NCBI GenBank assembly: GCA_963748615.1 | Contig: CAVVJQ010000003.1 | Span: 304,599-368,598, forward strand | Length of the DNA stretch: 64,000 bases | Origin: an uncultured Thermoplasmata archaeon | Lineage (GTDB): Archaea; Thermoplasmatota; Thermoplasmata; UBA10834 | Direction: 5' to 3' | In this document: positions 10,391 through 21,205 of the stretch, piece after piece | Layout of the letters: each line of letters starts with the position of its first letter | Position numbering within the stretch: the stretch's first letter is position 1 | Position numbers and translations under genes: made by a program | Notes under the pieces: generated by a model | What the model was told of the DNA's origin: nothing | Database searches by the model: none | The model's input: the letters and a program-made list of their open reading frames with translations, nothing else

Positions 10391-10500
10391 TGGCCGAAAG
10401 GGATTTGAACCCATATTCTCGACTGATTAAACTCAAGAAGGCACATGGTCATTCCAGAAAGGCGCCTCAGGAATGGTAGCTGGAATGAGGATCGGACGAA
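10391..10500 (-). repeat. tRNA-like element B (diverged paralogue of element A)
   Basis: Ends with GGGTTCAAATCCCTTTCGGCCA (T-arm/acceptor-3'-like). The remaining ~90 nt align with element A (shared blocks cattccagaa, catg, tcgactg). It sits just upstream of the catalase gene. Confidence 0.45.
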
Positions 10501-10566
10501 CCAGTACATATCTGCCGAGAGATGCAAATACCCATAACGCGTTCACAAGTTGGGGAGGATTGGAGG

Positions 10567-12081
10567 ATGACCGGTAGAAAGAGGAAGAAGAGCCTCACGA
10601 CAGCTTTCGGGAGACCCGTGGGAGATGACCAGAACAGCGAGACCGCAGGGACACGTGGCCCGGTGTTGATGCAGGATGTCCACCTGCTTGAGAAGTTGGG
10701 ACACTTCGACAGAGAACGCATACCGGAGAGGGTAGTCCATGCCAAAGGAGCGGGTGCCAGCGGATACTTTGAGGTCACAGCCGATGTCACTGAGTACACG
10801 AAAGCTAAGTTCCTCTCCAATGTTGGCAAGCGGACCGATGTCTTCGTGCGATTCTCCACCGTAGGAGGCGAGAAGGGCTCGGCGGACTCTGAGCGTGACC
10901 CAAGGGGGTTCGCGATCAAGTTCTATACCGAGGAGGGCAACTACGATCTGGTGGGTAACAATACACCGGTATTCTTCATAAGGGATCCGCTAAAGTTCCC
11001 GGACTTCATCCACACGCAGAAGCGCAACCCTGCAACGAACCTCAAGGACCCAAACATGTTCTGGGACTTCCTCTCGCTCACCCCAGAATCCATCCATCAG
11101 GTGACTATCCTCTTCTCTGATCGCGGCACTCCTGCGACTTACCGACACATGAATGGATACAGCAGCCACACTTACAAATGGCACAATGCGAAGGGAGAGC
11201 AGTTTTGGGTGAAGTACCATCTCAAGACAAATCAAGGCATAAAGAATCTAACAAGGCAGGACGCTGAAGCGATGCGCGCTAAGGATCCAGACCACGCGAC
11301 CAGAGATTTGTACAACGCGATTGCCCGAGAGGACTATCCCTCATGGACTCTGGAGATTCAGGTCATGGGGGTCTCCGATGCGAAGGACTATCGTTTCGAC
11401 GTGTTCGACATAACGAAGGTTTGGCCCCATGGAGACTACCCAGCCATCAGGGTTGGAGAGCTGGTGCTGAACCGCAATCCCGAAAACTACTTCGCAGAGG
11501 TCGAGCAAGCTGCATTCGCCCCCAGCAACCTCGTCCCAGGAATCGCTCCTTCGCCAGATAAGATGCTCCAGGCACGTCTGTTCTCATATCACGACACACA
11601 CATACACAGGCTCGGGCCCAACTACCACCTGATACCGGTCAACAGCCCGAAAAACGCACTCGAAATGAGCTACCAGCGTGACGGGTCCATGCGCGTTGAT
11701 TCGGGCGGGGGGTCCGGCCCGAACTACTGGCCCAACACATTTGGAGGACCAGCACCAGATATTGCCAGTAAGGATCCGCCCTTCGCGGTGAATGGGGACG
11801 CGGGCAGGCACTCCTACACTCATCCGAATGACGATTTCGTACAGCCAGGAGACCTGTACAGGAAGGTTATGACCGATAAGGATCGGGAACACCTAGTGGG
11901 GAACATCGTGAGCCACCTCGGAGGAGCGCAGAAGAGGATTCAGCTCAGACAAACCGCTCTGTTCTTCAAGGCGGATGCCGACTATGGCAGAAGGGTAGCT
12001 GATGGCCTTGGCATCGATTTGAAGGTGGTCGAGAGGTTGGCAGGGATGACTCAGGAGGAAAGAGTCACTGAAACCAGCTGA
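10567..12081 (+). CDS. katE: monofunctional heme catalase
   Basis: [23 protein letters not shown] is the catalase active-site signature with the distal His. Full-length clade-3-like catalase. Start set at [15 protein letters not shown], the conserved catalase N-terminus. Confidence 0.9.
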   Translation: MTGRKRKKSLTTAFGRPVGDDQNSETAGTRGPVLMQDVHLLEKLGHFDRERIPERVVHAKGAGASGYFEVTADVTEYTKAKFLSNVGKRTDVFVRFSTVGGEKGSADSERDPRGFAIKFYTEEGNYDLVGNNTPVFFIRDPLKFPDFIHTQKRNPATNLKDPNMFWDFLSLTPESIHQVTILFSDRGTPATYRHMNGYSSHTYKWHNAKGEQFWVKYHLKTNQGIKNLTRQDAEAMRAKDPDHATRDLYNAIAREDYPSWTLEIQVMGVSDAKDYRFDVFDITKVWPHGDYPAIRVGELVLNRNPENYFAEVEQAAFAPSNLVPGIAPSPDKMLQARLFSYHDTHIHRLGPNYHLIPVNSPKNALEMSYQRDGSMRVDSGGGSGPNYWPNTFGGPAPDIASKDPPFAVNGDAGRHSYTHPNDDFVQPGDLYRKVMTDKDREHLVGNIVSHLGGAQKRIQLRQTALFFKADADYGRRVADGLGIDLKVVERLAGMTQEERVTETS

Positions 12082-12106
12082 GACGTCGGAAACGACAAAG
12101 TCCGAG

Positions 12107-12178
12107 TGGACCGAAGGGGATTTGAACCCCTGACCTCCTGCTTGCAAAGCAGGCGATCTTCCGCTGATCTATCGGCCC
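12107..12178 (-). tRNA. tRNA-Ala (anticodon UGC)
   Basis: Cloverleaf: acceptor GGGCCGA/TCGGTCC with a G3:U70 pair, the Ala identity element. D-stem GATC/GATC. Anticodon stem CCTGC/GCAGG with loop TTTGCAA. T-arm AGGGG-TTCAAAT-CCCCT. Discriminator A; CCA not encoded. Confidence 0.8.
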
Positions 12179-12523
12179 CTGCGGGATGGGGGCTCATTGG
12201 CCGTTTCGGTTAAATATCTTTCCTGGCACGGGTTCTGTATGGTTATTGGATGGTGTTGTTGATGGTGTCTTTTTCCGGTGCCACAAGTATCCCACACATC
12301 GCACATGTAATGTGCATATAGCCGCGGGGGGGATGTGACCATGGCCAGATGCTTCCTTCGATGCTCCACAGAGCAGTCGTGTTCCAGCGTGACGCGGTGA
12401 TGACCCTCTTCGACCCAGAGACGGGCGCACGGTCGGAGCCGAATGGAACGAGTCAATTGGTCCGGCGGTCATTAGGACCACCACCCGATAATCGACAGGA
12501 CCCTCGGACCAAACCTCATCGGA

Positions 12524-13690
12524 TCAGACAGATGAGAACACACAGGTGTCAGACCCGGTGGCTATACATGAGATTTCCCTGATGATGACCTTTCGTCCCA
12601 CGGCTCTCGTGACCAGTTCGCTCAGGATCGGCTCGAGGAACCTGCATATGGTATGATCGAAGCGGACGCAGCATCTTGCGAACACGGATTCGATACTGAT
12701 GGTGGTCTCTCCACTGGCCATGTCAATCCGATCTAACGAGTAGAAAGTCGCCCATCCGCTCCGAACCAGCGTCTGCAGGCCACGGTCGATGACCTCCCTA
12801 CCCTGCCCAGAGACATCCTTCGGTCTCAAGGGCACCATTGATTCCAGCATCGCATAGAGTTCCTGCACACCTTTGGCGGATGATTCATGATACTTGGCGA
12901 ACATCGAGGCTAGTCCCTGGATATCGGCTTGGACAAGTAGCGGGGAATCCGATGCCAATTGGCTGGAAGATGATGAATCCGAGGACGGACTGCCTCCTCC
13001 GAATGAGAATGATTCGGGTTGTTGACTTGCGCTGCCCCCTCCACCAGACATCGCATGACCATCACCGCGGTCTTCTCTGCGGAGCTCTTCAGGCTTTACA
13101 CGTCTGTGCCGTCCATCCTCCTTGCCTCTATCATATTCTGCATCCAGTTTTCGGAGGACCCCCAATCCTTGGGCGAGGGACATTAGTTCCTTTCGTTTTG
13201 AGCCCACCCATCCGACCGTCTCCATATGTCCGTAATAACCGACCTCCACCCCCAGTTCGTACCCTTGCTTGAATAAAGAGGTGACTGCTTTTGAAACAGT
13301 GGATCCTGAGGCGGACCTGAGTCTATCATCCCTGAGGGCGTCCTTCATCGCCCGCAACAATTCCTTCCCTTCGAAAGGCTTCGAGATGAAACCAACAGCA
13401 CCTCTTGCCAACGCTATTTCCTTTATCCTGGAATCTGCGCTAAGGAACAGGACCCTCGCAGACGGGTCAGTGGCGAGTATCTCATCCATTGCCTCGATAC
13501 CACTCTTGACCGGCATCCTGTGGTCCATTAGAATCAGGTCGGGTTTGGGTGAGAGTTCAAGGTACTTCTTGACCGCGGAGTCCCCGTCGAAGGCGAACCC
13601 CACCACGTCGAAACCCTTCAAAGAGAGTGTGTCCCTGAGTATCTGGACTATAAGCTTCTCGTCATCGACTATGAGTATCCTCGGTGGCAC
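12524..13690 (-). CDS. response regulator, receiver domain plus C-terminal V4R domain
   Basis: CheY-like receiver (LIVDDE...DLILMDHRMP...K). Gly/Ser-rich linker. C-terminal Cys-containing V4R-like domain (CCVRFDHTICRF...SCIATGSDTC). GTG start abuts the HK stop codon. Confidence 0.7.
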   Translation of the reverse strand: MPPRILIVDDEKLIVQILRDTLSLKGFDVVGFAFDGDSAVKKYLELSPKPDLILMDHRMPVKSGIEAMDEILATDPSARVLFLSADSRIKEIALARGAVGFISKPFEGKELLRAMKDALRDDRLRSASGSTVSKAVTSLFKQGYELGVEVGYYGHMETVGWVGSKRKELMSLAQGLGVLRKLDAEYDRGKEDGRHRRVKPEELRREDRGDGHAMSGGGGSASQQPESFSFGGGSPSSDSSSSSQLASDSPLLVQADIQGLASMFAKYHESSAKGVQELYAMLESMVPLRPKDVSGQGREVIDRGLQTLVRSGWATFYSLDRIDMASGETTISIESVFARCCVRFDHTICRFLEPILSELVTRAVGRKVIIREISCIATGSDTCVFSSV

Positions 13691-15769
13691 CTAACCACCT
13701 CGTAGAAGCAATATCGAGACCTTTGTGCCTTGTGTCCAATCGCCCTGCACGCGATTAGATATGGATATCTGGCCGCGCGAGCGCTCGATGATCATCTTCG
13801 AGATGAAGAGACCCATGCCAAAACCGCGTTTGATCTCCCAGTAATCCTTTGACGGCTTGAGCAGGTTGGGCTTGACATCGTCTGGAATGCCTGTCCCCCT
13901 GTCCTCTATGACAACCTCCAAATAGCCATGTCGGTGAGGAGATTCCGTCAAAGATATGGTCACATCTATGGATTCGGTGACGGTATTCTCGATGGAGTTC
14001 ACCAGTATGTTCTCGATGGCCACCTCAATCTTTGAATCGGCCAGCGCGATGGCATGAGGCGTGGCGGGATCGAAATCGATGGAGATTGCCTGGTCATCCC
14101 CCGCGCCCGTCATTTGCCTTGCGATGAGATCCATGATTGACTGCGCGAGATCGACCTCGACCATAGCGGTGGGTTGCTGGCTAACCCCGGTCAGCTCGCG
14201 AAGCCTCTCGATCATCGTGGATATGACCCGCACCTGTTTCCTCATATCCTGTGCATGTTGCCGGACTGCATCTGGTGTCTCGGCATTGTCCTCGATGAGC
14301 TCACTGAAGGACATCAATGCCGTGGAGTAGTTTGCTATATCGTGGCACAATAGATCGAGGTAGGTCGCCGATTCTCCCCTTGCCCGTTCCGCCTCGCTCA
14401 GCATCTGCATCCTCTGGACAGCGTATGCAAGCGTGTTCGCCTGTATCTTGAAGAATATCTTAGCTTGGTCGTCGAACGGTGAGTGGTCCTGGGACAGCAG
14501 CAGAACATATCCAAGCACATGTGGCCCTGATGTCATCCGCGCCCATATCCCAGAGGACATGCCAGAGGACTGCAGGACCTCCGACACGAGAGGCGAACCA
14601 GCACACTCCACAGATTCAAAACCAGAGGAATCCTGAGAGGGAAATAGCGAGGTCGGCTCGATTCCACGGGAATCATCAAGAGATATTGGTGTGCCTTCGA
14701 GCAGGCCGAACTTGGATTCGAGAAACAACCTGCCAAAGTCGGAGTCCATCAAGTATATCATGCCGGCATCGGCACAGAACGAGGTCGTCAGTGCGCGGAT
14801 GGCATTGTCCAGGAGTTCCTGCATGTTCTCCGCGGAGGACATCACCCATAGCAGGTCGGTCATCGATGAGCGTTCCCTATCGAGTTCCCCCAGCTCGGAC
14901 ATGTCCCTCATCATCACCAAGATGCTTGAGACAGAGCGGTCCGGAGCGATCATGGGTGCGATGCTGACATCATACACCATAGCCTTTGCGGATTGGTCAT
15001 CGGCGACTATTCTGACCGGAAGGAACCTGTTGTGTGTGGATCTCTTCGTGACACGGCACGATTCGATCATATCCATCAATGATCCAGTATCCGCGGCCTG
15101 GAAGACTTCCATGAACGGCTTTCCCATGACTCCACTATGAGGTCCCCCGGGAGGCATATACTGCAAAAGGTGTGAATTATGGTTGATTATCCGGAGATCC
15201 GAATCCAGCTCGATTATGGCCATGGGAGCGCTCTCGATCAGATTCTTGGTCCTCTGGAGAAGATCCTCGATCATCCTACCGCGGGCGATCACTTCCTGCG
15301 ACGATCGCATCCGCTCAGAGATATCACGACAGAAGCTGTCGATCCCGACGATCCGGCCGTCCTCGGACCTCAGAGGTATTGCGCTATGTTCCGTCCATAG
15401 GACGGAACCGTCCTTTCGCATCATGCGAGCAACAGCGGGCTCGGTATATGGCACGCTACCATCGAGGAGGCCAAGGAATATCGGCAAGTCATCGGGATGA
15501 AACAGGCTCGGCAAAAGGTTCGGGTTGGCATGGAAATCCTTTGGAGAGTGGCCTAACAATGTTTGACATGAAGGGTTGATGTACATCGTCCGAGGTTCTG
15601 GAACCGCCAGATGCCTGAATATGACATCCCTGGAATTCTCCACCAAGAATCGGAACGTCGCATGATGGTCTCCAGACTGATGGCCATGAGACCCGGCCCC
15701 ATCATCTGCTCGCTCTGCCCCCATGTATGACTCCTTCGTTTTGACCACGCAATTTCCGGAATGCATCAC
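13691..15769 (-). CDS. sensor histidine kinase (PAS/GAF sensors, HisKA, HATPase_c)
   Basis: H-box region LLCHDIANYSTAL. C-terminal ATPase motifs (N, G1 DRGTGIPDD, G2 GFGMGL). Immediately upstream of the response regulator gene. Confidence 0.8.
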   Translation of the reverse strand: MMHSGNCVVKTKESYMGAERADDGAGSHGHQSGDHHATFRFLVENSRDVIFRHLAVPEPRTMYINPSCQTLLGHSPKDFHANPNLLPSLFHPDDLPIFLGLLDGSVPYTEPAVARMMRKDGSVLWTEHSAIPLRSEDGRIVGIDSFCRDISERMRSSQEVIARGRMIEDLLQRTKNLIESAPMAIIELDSDLRIINHNSHLLQYMPPGGPHSGVMGKPFMEVFQAADTGSLMDMIESCRVTKRSTHNRFLPVRIVADDQSAKAMVYDVSIAPMIAPDRSVSSILVMMRDMSELGELDRERSSMTDLLWVMSSAENMQELLDNAIRALTTSFCADAGMIYLMDSDFGRLFLESKFGLLEGTPISLDDSRGIEPTSLFPSQDSSGFESVECAGSPLVSEVLQSSGMSSGIWARMTSGPHVLGYVLLLSQDHSPFDDQAKIFFKIQANTLAYAVQRMQMLSEAERARGESATYLDLLCHDIANYSTALMSFSELIEDNAETPDAVRQHAQDMRKQVRVISTMIERLRELTGVSQQPTAMVEVDLAQSIMDLIARQMTGAGDDQAISIDFDPATPHAIALADSKIEVAIENILVNSIENTVTESIDVTISLTESPHRHGYLEVVIEDRGTGIPDDVKPNLLKPSKDYWEIKRGFGMGLFISKMIIERSRGQISISNRVQGDWTQGTKVSILLLRGG

Positions 15770-16029
15770 AGGGGGGATCTCAGCGCCCCTTCTCGAACCA
15801 CCCTCGGCTCGGATAAATGCGCGAACGGCTCGTTATGTCAACGACGATGTCAAATAAGTTGTCCGTTGGGTCTCATACCTGAAAATCATCGGAGACAACT
15901 GTATCGAAGGAAAACAATGGGAAAGAGCGCGCGAATAGGATGTCGCGAGCGATTCAAGGGATGCCCTGAAACAATTCAAATCGAGAAATCAGTTTACATG
16001 ATGTGCATTTAAATCGCACAGGGTCGATA

Positions 16030-16341
16030 TCAGGAGCGCAGCACGATCTCGATGTTGACGCCGTCTGGAACCTGTATCCTCATGAGCTGTCTGAGGGCAC
16101 GCTCGTCCGCGTCAAGATCGATCAGGCGCTTGTGTACGCGCATCTCCCAGCGGTCCCAGGTCTCGGAACCCTCGCCATCGGGACTCTTGCGCACGGGCAC
16201 GAGTAGTCTCTTTGTCGGGAGAGGTATAGGTCCGGATATGTCCACGCCTGTCTTTTCACTAATCATCTTAATCTGCTTACAGACGCTGTCGACCTTCTTG
16301 GGGTCTGTTCCGCTAAGAGAAATCCGGGCTCTTTGAGACAT
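16030..16341 (-). CDS. rps10: 30S ribosomal protein S10
   Basis: 103-aa protein with the typical S10 sequence ...[14 protein letters not shown]...PLPTKR.... Last gene of the str cluster. Confidence 0.9.
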   Translation of the reverse strand: MSQRARISLSGTDPKKVDSVCKQIKMISEKTGVDISGPIPLPTKRLLVPVRKSPDGEGSETWDRWEMRVHKRLIDLDADERALRQLMRIQVPDGVNIEIVLRS

Positions 16342-16391
16342 ATCAACAAAACCTCACATGAAAAACATAAGGGAAAGGGGGTTTAAGGGTT

Positions 16392-17663
16392 TTACATCTC
16401 CTTCTTTTCGACATCCACGACCATGCCAGCCGCAACGGTCTGGCCCATGTCTCTGACCGCGAACCTGCCGAGCTGCGGGAAGTCCTTAGCCTTCTCAATC
16501 GCCAGTGGCTTGGACGGCTGGATCTTCACGATCGCCGCGTCACCGGTCTTGAGGAACTGTGGGTTCTCTTCCTTGACAGCGCCCGTCCTCGGGTCGAGCT
16601 TCTTCTGAAGCTCAAGGAATGTGCACGCTACCTGAGCTGTGTGCATGTGGAACACAGGTGTGTATCCGACAGTGATCACGCTCGGGTGGTTCAGGACCAT
16701 TATCTGCGCGGTGAAGGTCTTCGCGACCGTCGGTGGGTTGTCAACCGGGCCAGCGACATCTCCCCTCTTGATATCTGTCTTGGCGATGCCTCTGCAGTTG
16801 AATCCCACATTGTCACCAGGCAAAGCCTGTGTGAGCATCTCATGGTGCATCTCGATCGACTTGACTTCTCCGACCTTGTTCGACGGCATGAAGATGATCT
16901 TCATGTCTGGCTTGAGCACGCCTGTCTCGACCCTGCCCACTGGAACGGTTCCCACACCAGTGATGCTGTACACATCCTGCACTGGGAGTCTGAGCGCCTT
17001 GTCGGTCATCTGGGACGGGGGCTTGAGCATATCGAGTGCCTGAACGAGTGTCGGGCCCTTGTACCAGGGAGTGTTCGCCGAGACCGACGCAATGTTGTCG
17101 CCCTTGAATCCGGAGCACGGTATGAACGGAATCTCGTCCGTCTTGTACCCGACCGTCTTCAGAAGCTCGGTCACTGCCTTCTTGGTCTCCTCATACTTCG
17201 CCTGGTCGTACTTGACCGCGTCCATCTTGTTGATATCGATGACGATCTGGTTCACACCGAGCGTCCTTGCCAGGAAGATGTGCTCCTTCGTCTGGGCCTG
17301 AGGACCTTCGATCGACGATACGACGATGACCGCCGCATCTGCCTGGCTGGTACCAGTGATCATGTTCTTCACGAAGTCCCTGTGTCCAGGTGCGTCGATT
17401 ATGGTGAAGTAGTACTTCTGGGTGTTGAACTTCTTGTGTGCAACATCGATGGTGAGACCTCTCTCTCGCTCTTCCTTCAGTCCATCCATGACCCATGCGA
17501 ACTCGAAAGTCGCCTTGCCCTTCGTCTCGGCCTCCTTCCTGTACTTCTCGATGATATGGGCCTCAACGTGGCCCGTGTCGAGGAGCAAGCGACCGACGCT
17601 GGTCGACTTACCGTGGTCAACATGTCCGATGAACACCAAGTTCATATGTGGTTTCTCTGCCAT
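16392..17663 (-). CDS. tuf: translation elongation factor EF-1 alpha
   Basis: [17 protein letters not shown] and NKMD GTPase motifs. 423 aa. Confidence 0.95.
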   Translation of the reverse strand: MAEKPHMNLVFIGHVDHGKSTSVGRLLLDTGHVEAHIIEKYRKEAETKGKATFEFAWVMDGLKEERERGLTIDVAHKKFNTQKYYFTIIDAPGHRDFVKNMITGTSQADAAVIVVSSIEGPQAQTKEHIFLARTLGVNQIVIDINKMDAVKYDQAKYEETKKAVTELLKTVGYKTDEIPFIPCSGFKGDNIASVSANTPWYKGPTLVQALDMLKPPSQMTDKALRLPVQDVYSITGVGTVPVGRVETGVLKPDMKIIFMPSNKVGEVKSIEMHHEMLTQALPGDNVGFNCRGIAKTDIKRGDVAGPVDNPPTVAKTFTAQIMVLNHPSVITVGYTPVFHMHTAQVACTFLELQKKLDPRTGAVKEENPQFLKTGDAAIVKIQPSKPLAIEKAKDFPQLGRFAVRDMGQTVAAGMVVDVEKKEM

Positions 17664-17751
17664 ATCATGGCCTCCATTGTCTTCTTTTCGAGCATGATGC
17701 TCTTGGTATATTAGTCTTTTTGCAAAGGGAATCTGGACTGTGGCTATTCCA

Positions 17752-19950
17752 TCAGCCCGAGTAGTACGCAGCGTCGTACGGCTCAGGCTTCAGTCCCTTC
17801 CTCTGCCTTATCTGCAGCACGGCCTTGTCCAAGGGGTCCTTGGGCATCGGCTCGAAGCCAGCGTTCTCAGTCGACCAGAGCGCCCTGCCACTCGTGGCAC
17901 CCCTGATGGATGCTGCGAAACCGAACATCTCGGAGACGGGGCACTTGGAAGCTACGATAGTCATCTCGCCTTCCTGCTTCATGTCCTCTATCACTCCACG
18001 CCTCTGCTGGACCTCACGGATCGCATCGCCCATGACGTCCTGGGGCACATTGATGAAGACCTTCTGCATGGGTTCGTAAAGTGTACGGCCAGCCTGGCAC
18101 ATCGCACCGTATATGGCGGATCTTGCAGCGGGGATAACCTGAGCAGGCCCCCTGTGTATGCTGTCCTCGTGCATCTTTGCGTCTACGAGCTTGATCTTGA
18201 CAGCCATGCACTTCTCGTTGGCCAACGGACCTCGGTTCATGGCTTCTACGTAGGCCTCTTTGATCAATTCCATCGTCTCGTGAAGGTACTGGATACCTTT
18301 GGTCATGTCGAGCAGCATGTTGGTCCCGTGGAAGGCCACGATGCCTCTCGCCTCGTCCCTGTCCATGCCCAAGTCCTGGAGCTGCCTTGCGACCGCCTTC
18401 GAGTCCTTGACCTTGCCCTCGACGTCGATGACGCCGGAACGCATTGCCTGGACGATGTCTGCAGAGAGCGGTTCGACCTCGATGTAGAACTTGTTGTGCT
18501 TGTTCGGGGACTTGCCCTCGAACGGGCCGCCCATCCCAATCACGCACTCCCTGAACACGACGATCGGCTGAGATGTCTTGATCTCGACCTTGTGCTCGTT
18601 GACTATCCTGTATTGAGTGATCTCGAGATGCAGTTCGCCCATGCCGGACATCAAATGCTCGCCAGTCTCCTGATTGATCTCGACCTGGATCGACGGATCT
18701 GCCTTCGCGACCGTGCGCAGGACATCCACCAGCTTCGGCAGGTCCTTCGTGTGCTTGGCCTCGATGGCTACTGTGACGACAGGGTCGCTGTAGTGCACGA
18801 TCTTCTCGAAAGACGCCATCTCAGGGTCGCTTGATACCGTGGAACCCGCGATCGCATCCTTGAGCCCAGATACTGCGACGACATTGCCCGCATCCAGCTC
18901 GTCGACCGGTATCCTATCGGCACCGACCGTGAGCGAGACCATCTGGGCTCTGTTGGGGTCAGGCATGCCTATGACATGCAGTTCCTGGCCTTTCCTGATC
19001 TTGCCACTGAAGAGACGGCCGACCGCGACCTCACCAGCGTGCGGATCCACTATGATCTTGGTGACCATGAGTGCGACTGGACCTTCGGGGTCGCAGTTCA
19101 ACATCCCCTTTCCGAAATTAGACTCGGGGTCCCCATGCCATATGACTGGAATCCTGAGCTTCTGAGCCTCATCTGGGTTCGGCAGATGTATGATGACCAT
19201 CTCTAGGAGGACCTCGTGGAGAGGAGCCTTCTTCGCAAGGGTCTTCTGGTCGCCGTTCTTGCAGAACTCGTACACCTGCTTGAAATTGATGCCAGTAGCC
19301 TTCATGAAGGGCACGGATATGGCCCAGTTGTTGTACGCAGAGCCGAATATGACATTGCCAGTCTCGACCTTCAACGCCCACTTGTCCTTCAGTTCTGGTG
19401 GTAGGAGCTTCTTGATCTTCTCGTTGACTTCGTTGACGATGCCAGCTAGACGTGCCTGCATCTGCTCCGGGGTCACCTGAAGCTCGTTTATCAGCCGGTC
19501 GACCTTGTTGATGAACAGGATCGGATGCACCCTCTCTTTGATCGCCTGTCGTATGACGGTCTCGGTCTGAGGCATCACACCTTCGACCGCGCATGCAAGG
19601 ATGACGACGCCGTCGATGGCCCTCATGGCCCTCGTGACATCGCCGCCGAAGTCGACGTGGCCAGGCGTGTCGATGAGATTGATCAGATACTCCTGACCCT
19701 TGTAATCGTAAACCATCGATGCGCTCGCGGCGTTGATCGTGATCCCTCTAGCCTGCTCCTGCTCGTCGAAGTCGAGGAGCAGCTGCTTGCCAGCGAGATC
19801 CCCAGACATCATGCCCGATCCAGCGATCAGGTTGTCTGAGAGCGTCGTCTTTCCGTGGTCAATGTGCGCAGCGGTTCCGATGTTACGGATGAATTTAGTC
19901 TGCCTCATCAGAGCTTGCGCCTTGCGGATATTGTCTTCTTTTCTTCCCAT
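17752..19950 (-). CDS. fusA: translation elongation factor EF-2
   Basis: [24 protein letters not shown]. 732 aa. Diphthamide-region His (HRGPAQ... context). Confidence 0.95.
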   Translation of the reverse strand: MGRKEDNIRKAQALMRQTKFIRNIGTAAHIDHGKTTLSDNLIAGSGMMSGDLAGKQLLLDFDEQEQARGITINAASASMVYDYKGQEYLINLIDTPGHVDFGGDVTRAMRAIDGVVILACAVEGVMPQTETVIRQAIKERVHPILFINKVDRLINELQVTPEQMQARLAGIVNEVNEKIKKLLPPELKDKWALKVETGNVIFGSAYNNWAISVPFMKATGINFKQVYEFCKNGDQKTLAKKAPLHEVLLEMVIIHLPNPDEAQKLRIPVIWHGDPESNFGKGMLNCDPEGPVALMVTKIIVDPHAGEVAVGRLFSGKIRKGQELHVIGMPDPNRAQMVSLTVGADRIPVDELDAGNVVAVSGLKDAIAGSTVSSDPEMASFEKIVHYSDPVVTVAIEAKHTKDLPKLVDVLRTVAKADPSIQVEINQETGEHLMSGMGELHLEITQYRIVNEHKVEIKTSQPIVVFRECVIGMGGPFEGKSPNKHNKFYIEVEPLSADIVQAMRSGVIDVEGKVKDSKAVARQLQDLGMDRDEARGIVAFHGTNMLLDMTKGIQYLHETMELIKEAYVEAMNRGPLANEKCMAVKIKLVDAKMHEDSIHRGPAQVIPAARSAIYGAMCQAGRTLYEPMQKVFINVPQDVMGDAIREVQQRRGVIEDMKQEGEMTIVASKCPVSEMFGFAASIRGATSGRALWSTENAGFEPMPKDPLDKAVLQIRQRKGLKPEPYDAAYYSG

Positions 19951-20034
19951 AATATCACCATGGGTCTAGCTCAGTTCATATACGACAGTAAAGCGTCGAA
20001 CATGAAAGCATGATAAGAGGTTTGTCAAACGAAC

Positions 20035-20763
20035 TCAGCGAGCGGACGAAGACACCCTTTCGATCTCTTCCTTCTTGGCAACCGCGCTGCTGTTCATGTC
20101 GTTCTTGGCTGCGAGCAGTAGTTGGTTTGCGAGACACTCACCTATCGGGGTCTTGCTCCCATGCGAGGATTCCAATGTGGCCTGGCATACATACCTCAGA
20201 GCGAGGTCGACCCTCCTTGCGGGAGCGACATCGACGGCCTTCGGCACGGATATGCCTCCGTAACGCAGCCTAGTGACCTCTTCTCTTGGCGCGGCGTTGA
20301 GCAGCGCGTCGACCAGTACCTGGAGAGGGTTCTGACCCGTCTTGGCATGAATCATCTCGAAGGCGTTCTCGACCGCCATGTAGGATCCCATCTTCTTGCC
20401 CGTGAAATCCTCGGTCCTCATCATGTTGTTGATGAGGCGTTCGACTATGCTCATCTTGGCCTTCCCGAAGGCCTTGGCAGTGTGTCTTCCACCGGTGTGT
20501 GGCACGGATATGGGGGTGATATCGATGTATCTCGCCATACCCGGGTCACTTATGGTGACGACCGAAGCGTCGTACTTGCCGAAGAGGAGTACATTGGCAA
20601 TCGGTTTCGCCGGCTCCGCTGCCTCCTTAGCCTCCACGGCCTTGCTCTCTGGTGGTTTCTGTTCGCCTGTCTGCGGTTGAGTAAGCGGTGCAGCAGCTGC
20701 CTCAGGGGATGCAGTAGGCTCCGGGGCTTGGGTCTCCTGCTCTGGTTTCTTCTCATCTGCCAT
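20035..20763 (-). CDS. rps7: 30S ribosomal protein S7 with ~55-aa low-complexity N-terminal extension
   Basis: The conserved S7 core starts at ...LLFGKYDASVVTISDPGMARYIDI. It is preceded by an Ala/Pro/Glu/Lys-rich segment. There is a 4-nt gap to the S12 stop. Confidence 0.85.
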   Translation of the reverse strand: MADEKKPEQETQAPEPTASPEAAAAPLTQPQTGEQKPPESKAVEAKEAAEPAKPIANVLLFGKYDASVVTISDPGMARYIDITPISVPHTGGRHTAKAFGKAKMSIVERLINNMMRTEDFTGKKMGSYMAVENAFEMIHAKTGQNPLQVLVDALLNAAPREEVTRLRYGGISVPKAVDVAPARRVDLALRYVCQATLESSHGSKTPIGECLANQLLLAAKNDMNSSAVAKKEEIERVSSSAR

Positions 20764-20767
20764 TTGA

Positions 20768-21205
20768 TCACCTCACAGGTTTCTCCTTTCTGCCCCTCAC
20801 CAGCTCGTTTAGAGAGACGTTGTTCACTTTGATTACCTTGTATCTGACACCGGGGATGTCACCGTAGGACCTACCCATCCTGCCTCCGATGCCCTCGACC
20901 AGCACCTCATCGTGCTCGTCTATGAAATTGATGGCACCGTCGCCGACGGCGAAGGCGGTGATCTGCCTCCCGTTCTTGATCAGTTGGATCTTGACACACT
21001 TCCGTATCGCAGAGTTGGGCTGTTTCGCCTCTATACCAACCTTCTCAAGCACTACCCCTTTAGCCTGGGCTGAGCCTTCAAGAGGGTCGGACTTCTCCTT
21101 CAAGTGCAGCTGCCTGCGCTTGTAATAACGGTCGCTCCATCTCATCATCTGTCGGCTCTGCTTGAGCTTTCTGGCTGTGATTAGACCTCTAGGCAATAGG
21201 TTCAC
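20768..21205 (-). CDS. rps12: 30S ribosomal protein S12
   Basis: 145-aa protein with ...[25 protein letters not shown]... the S12 signature. Confidence 0.9.
   Translation of the reverse strand: MNLLPRGLITARKLKQSRQMMRWSDRYYKRRQLHLKEKSDPLEGSAQAKGVVLEKVGIEAKQPNSAIRKCVKIQLIKNGRQITAFAVGDGAINFIDEHDEVLVEGIGGRMGRSYGDIPGVRYKVIKVNNVSLNELVRGRKEKPVR

Noticed and set aside
12104-12178. Initial reading of this tRNA as tRNA-Cys (because of the gcaaag string)
   Set aside because: Folding the anticodon stem (CCTGC/GCAGG) places the 7-nt loop TTTGCAA so that the anticodon is UGC. A G3:U70 pair in the acceptor stem confirms alanine identity.
12190-12520. Overlapping ~95-aa ORFs downstream of tRNA-Ala (12169-12484, both strands)
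   Set aside because: Mutually overlapping frames in a short intergenic stretch with no motifs. Likely non-coding spacer between the tRNA and the response-regulator gene.
16641-18834. Two long plus-strand ORFs (357 and 364 aa) spanning the tuf and fusA region
   Set aside because: They are exact antisense shadows of the highly codon-biased EF-1alpha and EF-2 genes. Their products are low-complexity, Arg/His/Leu/Asp-rich and have no motifs. GC-rich third positions on the sense strand suppress stops on the antisense strand.
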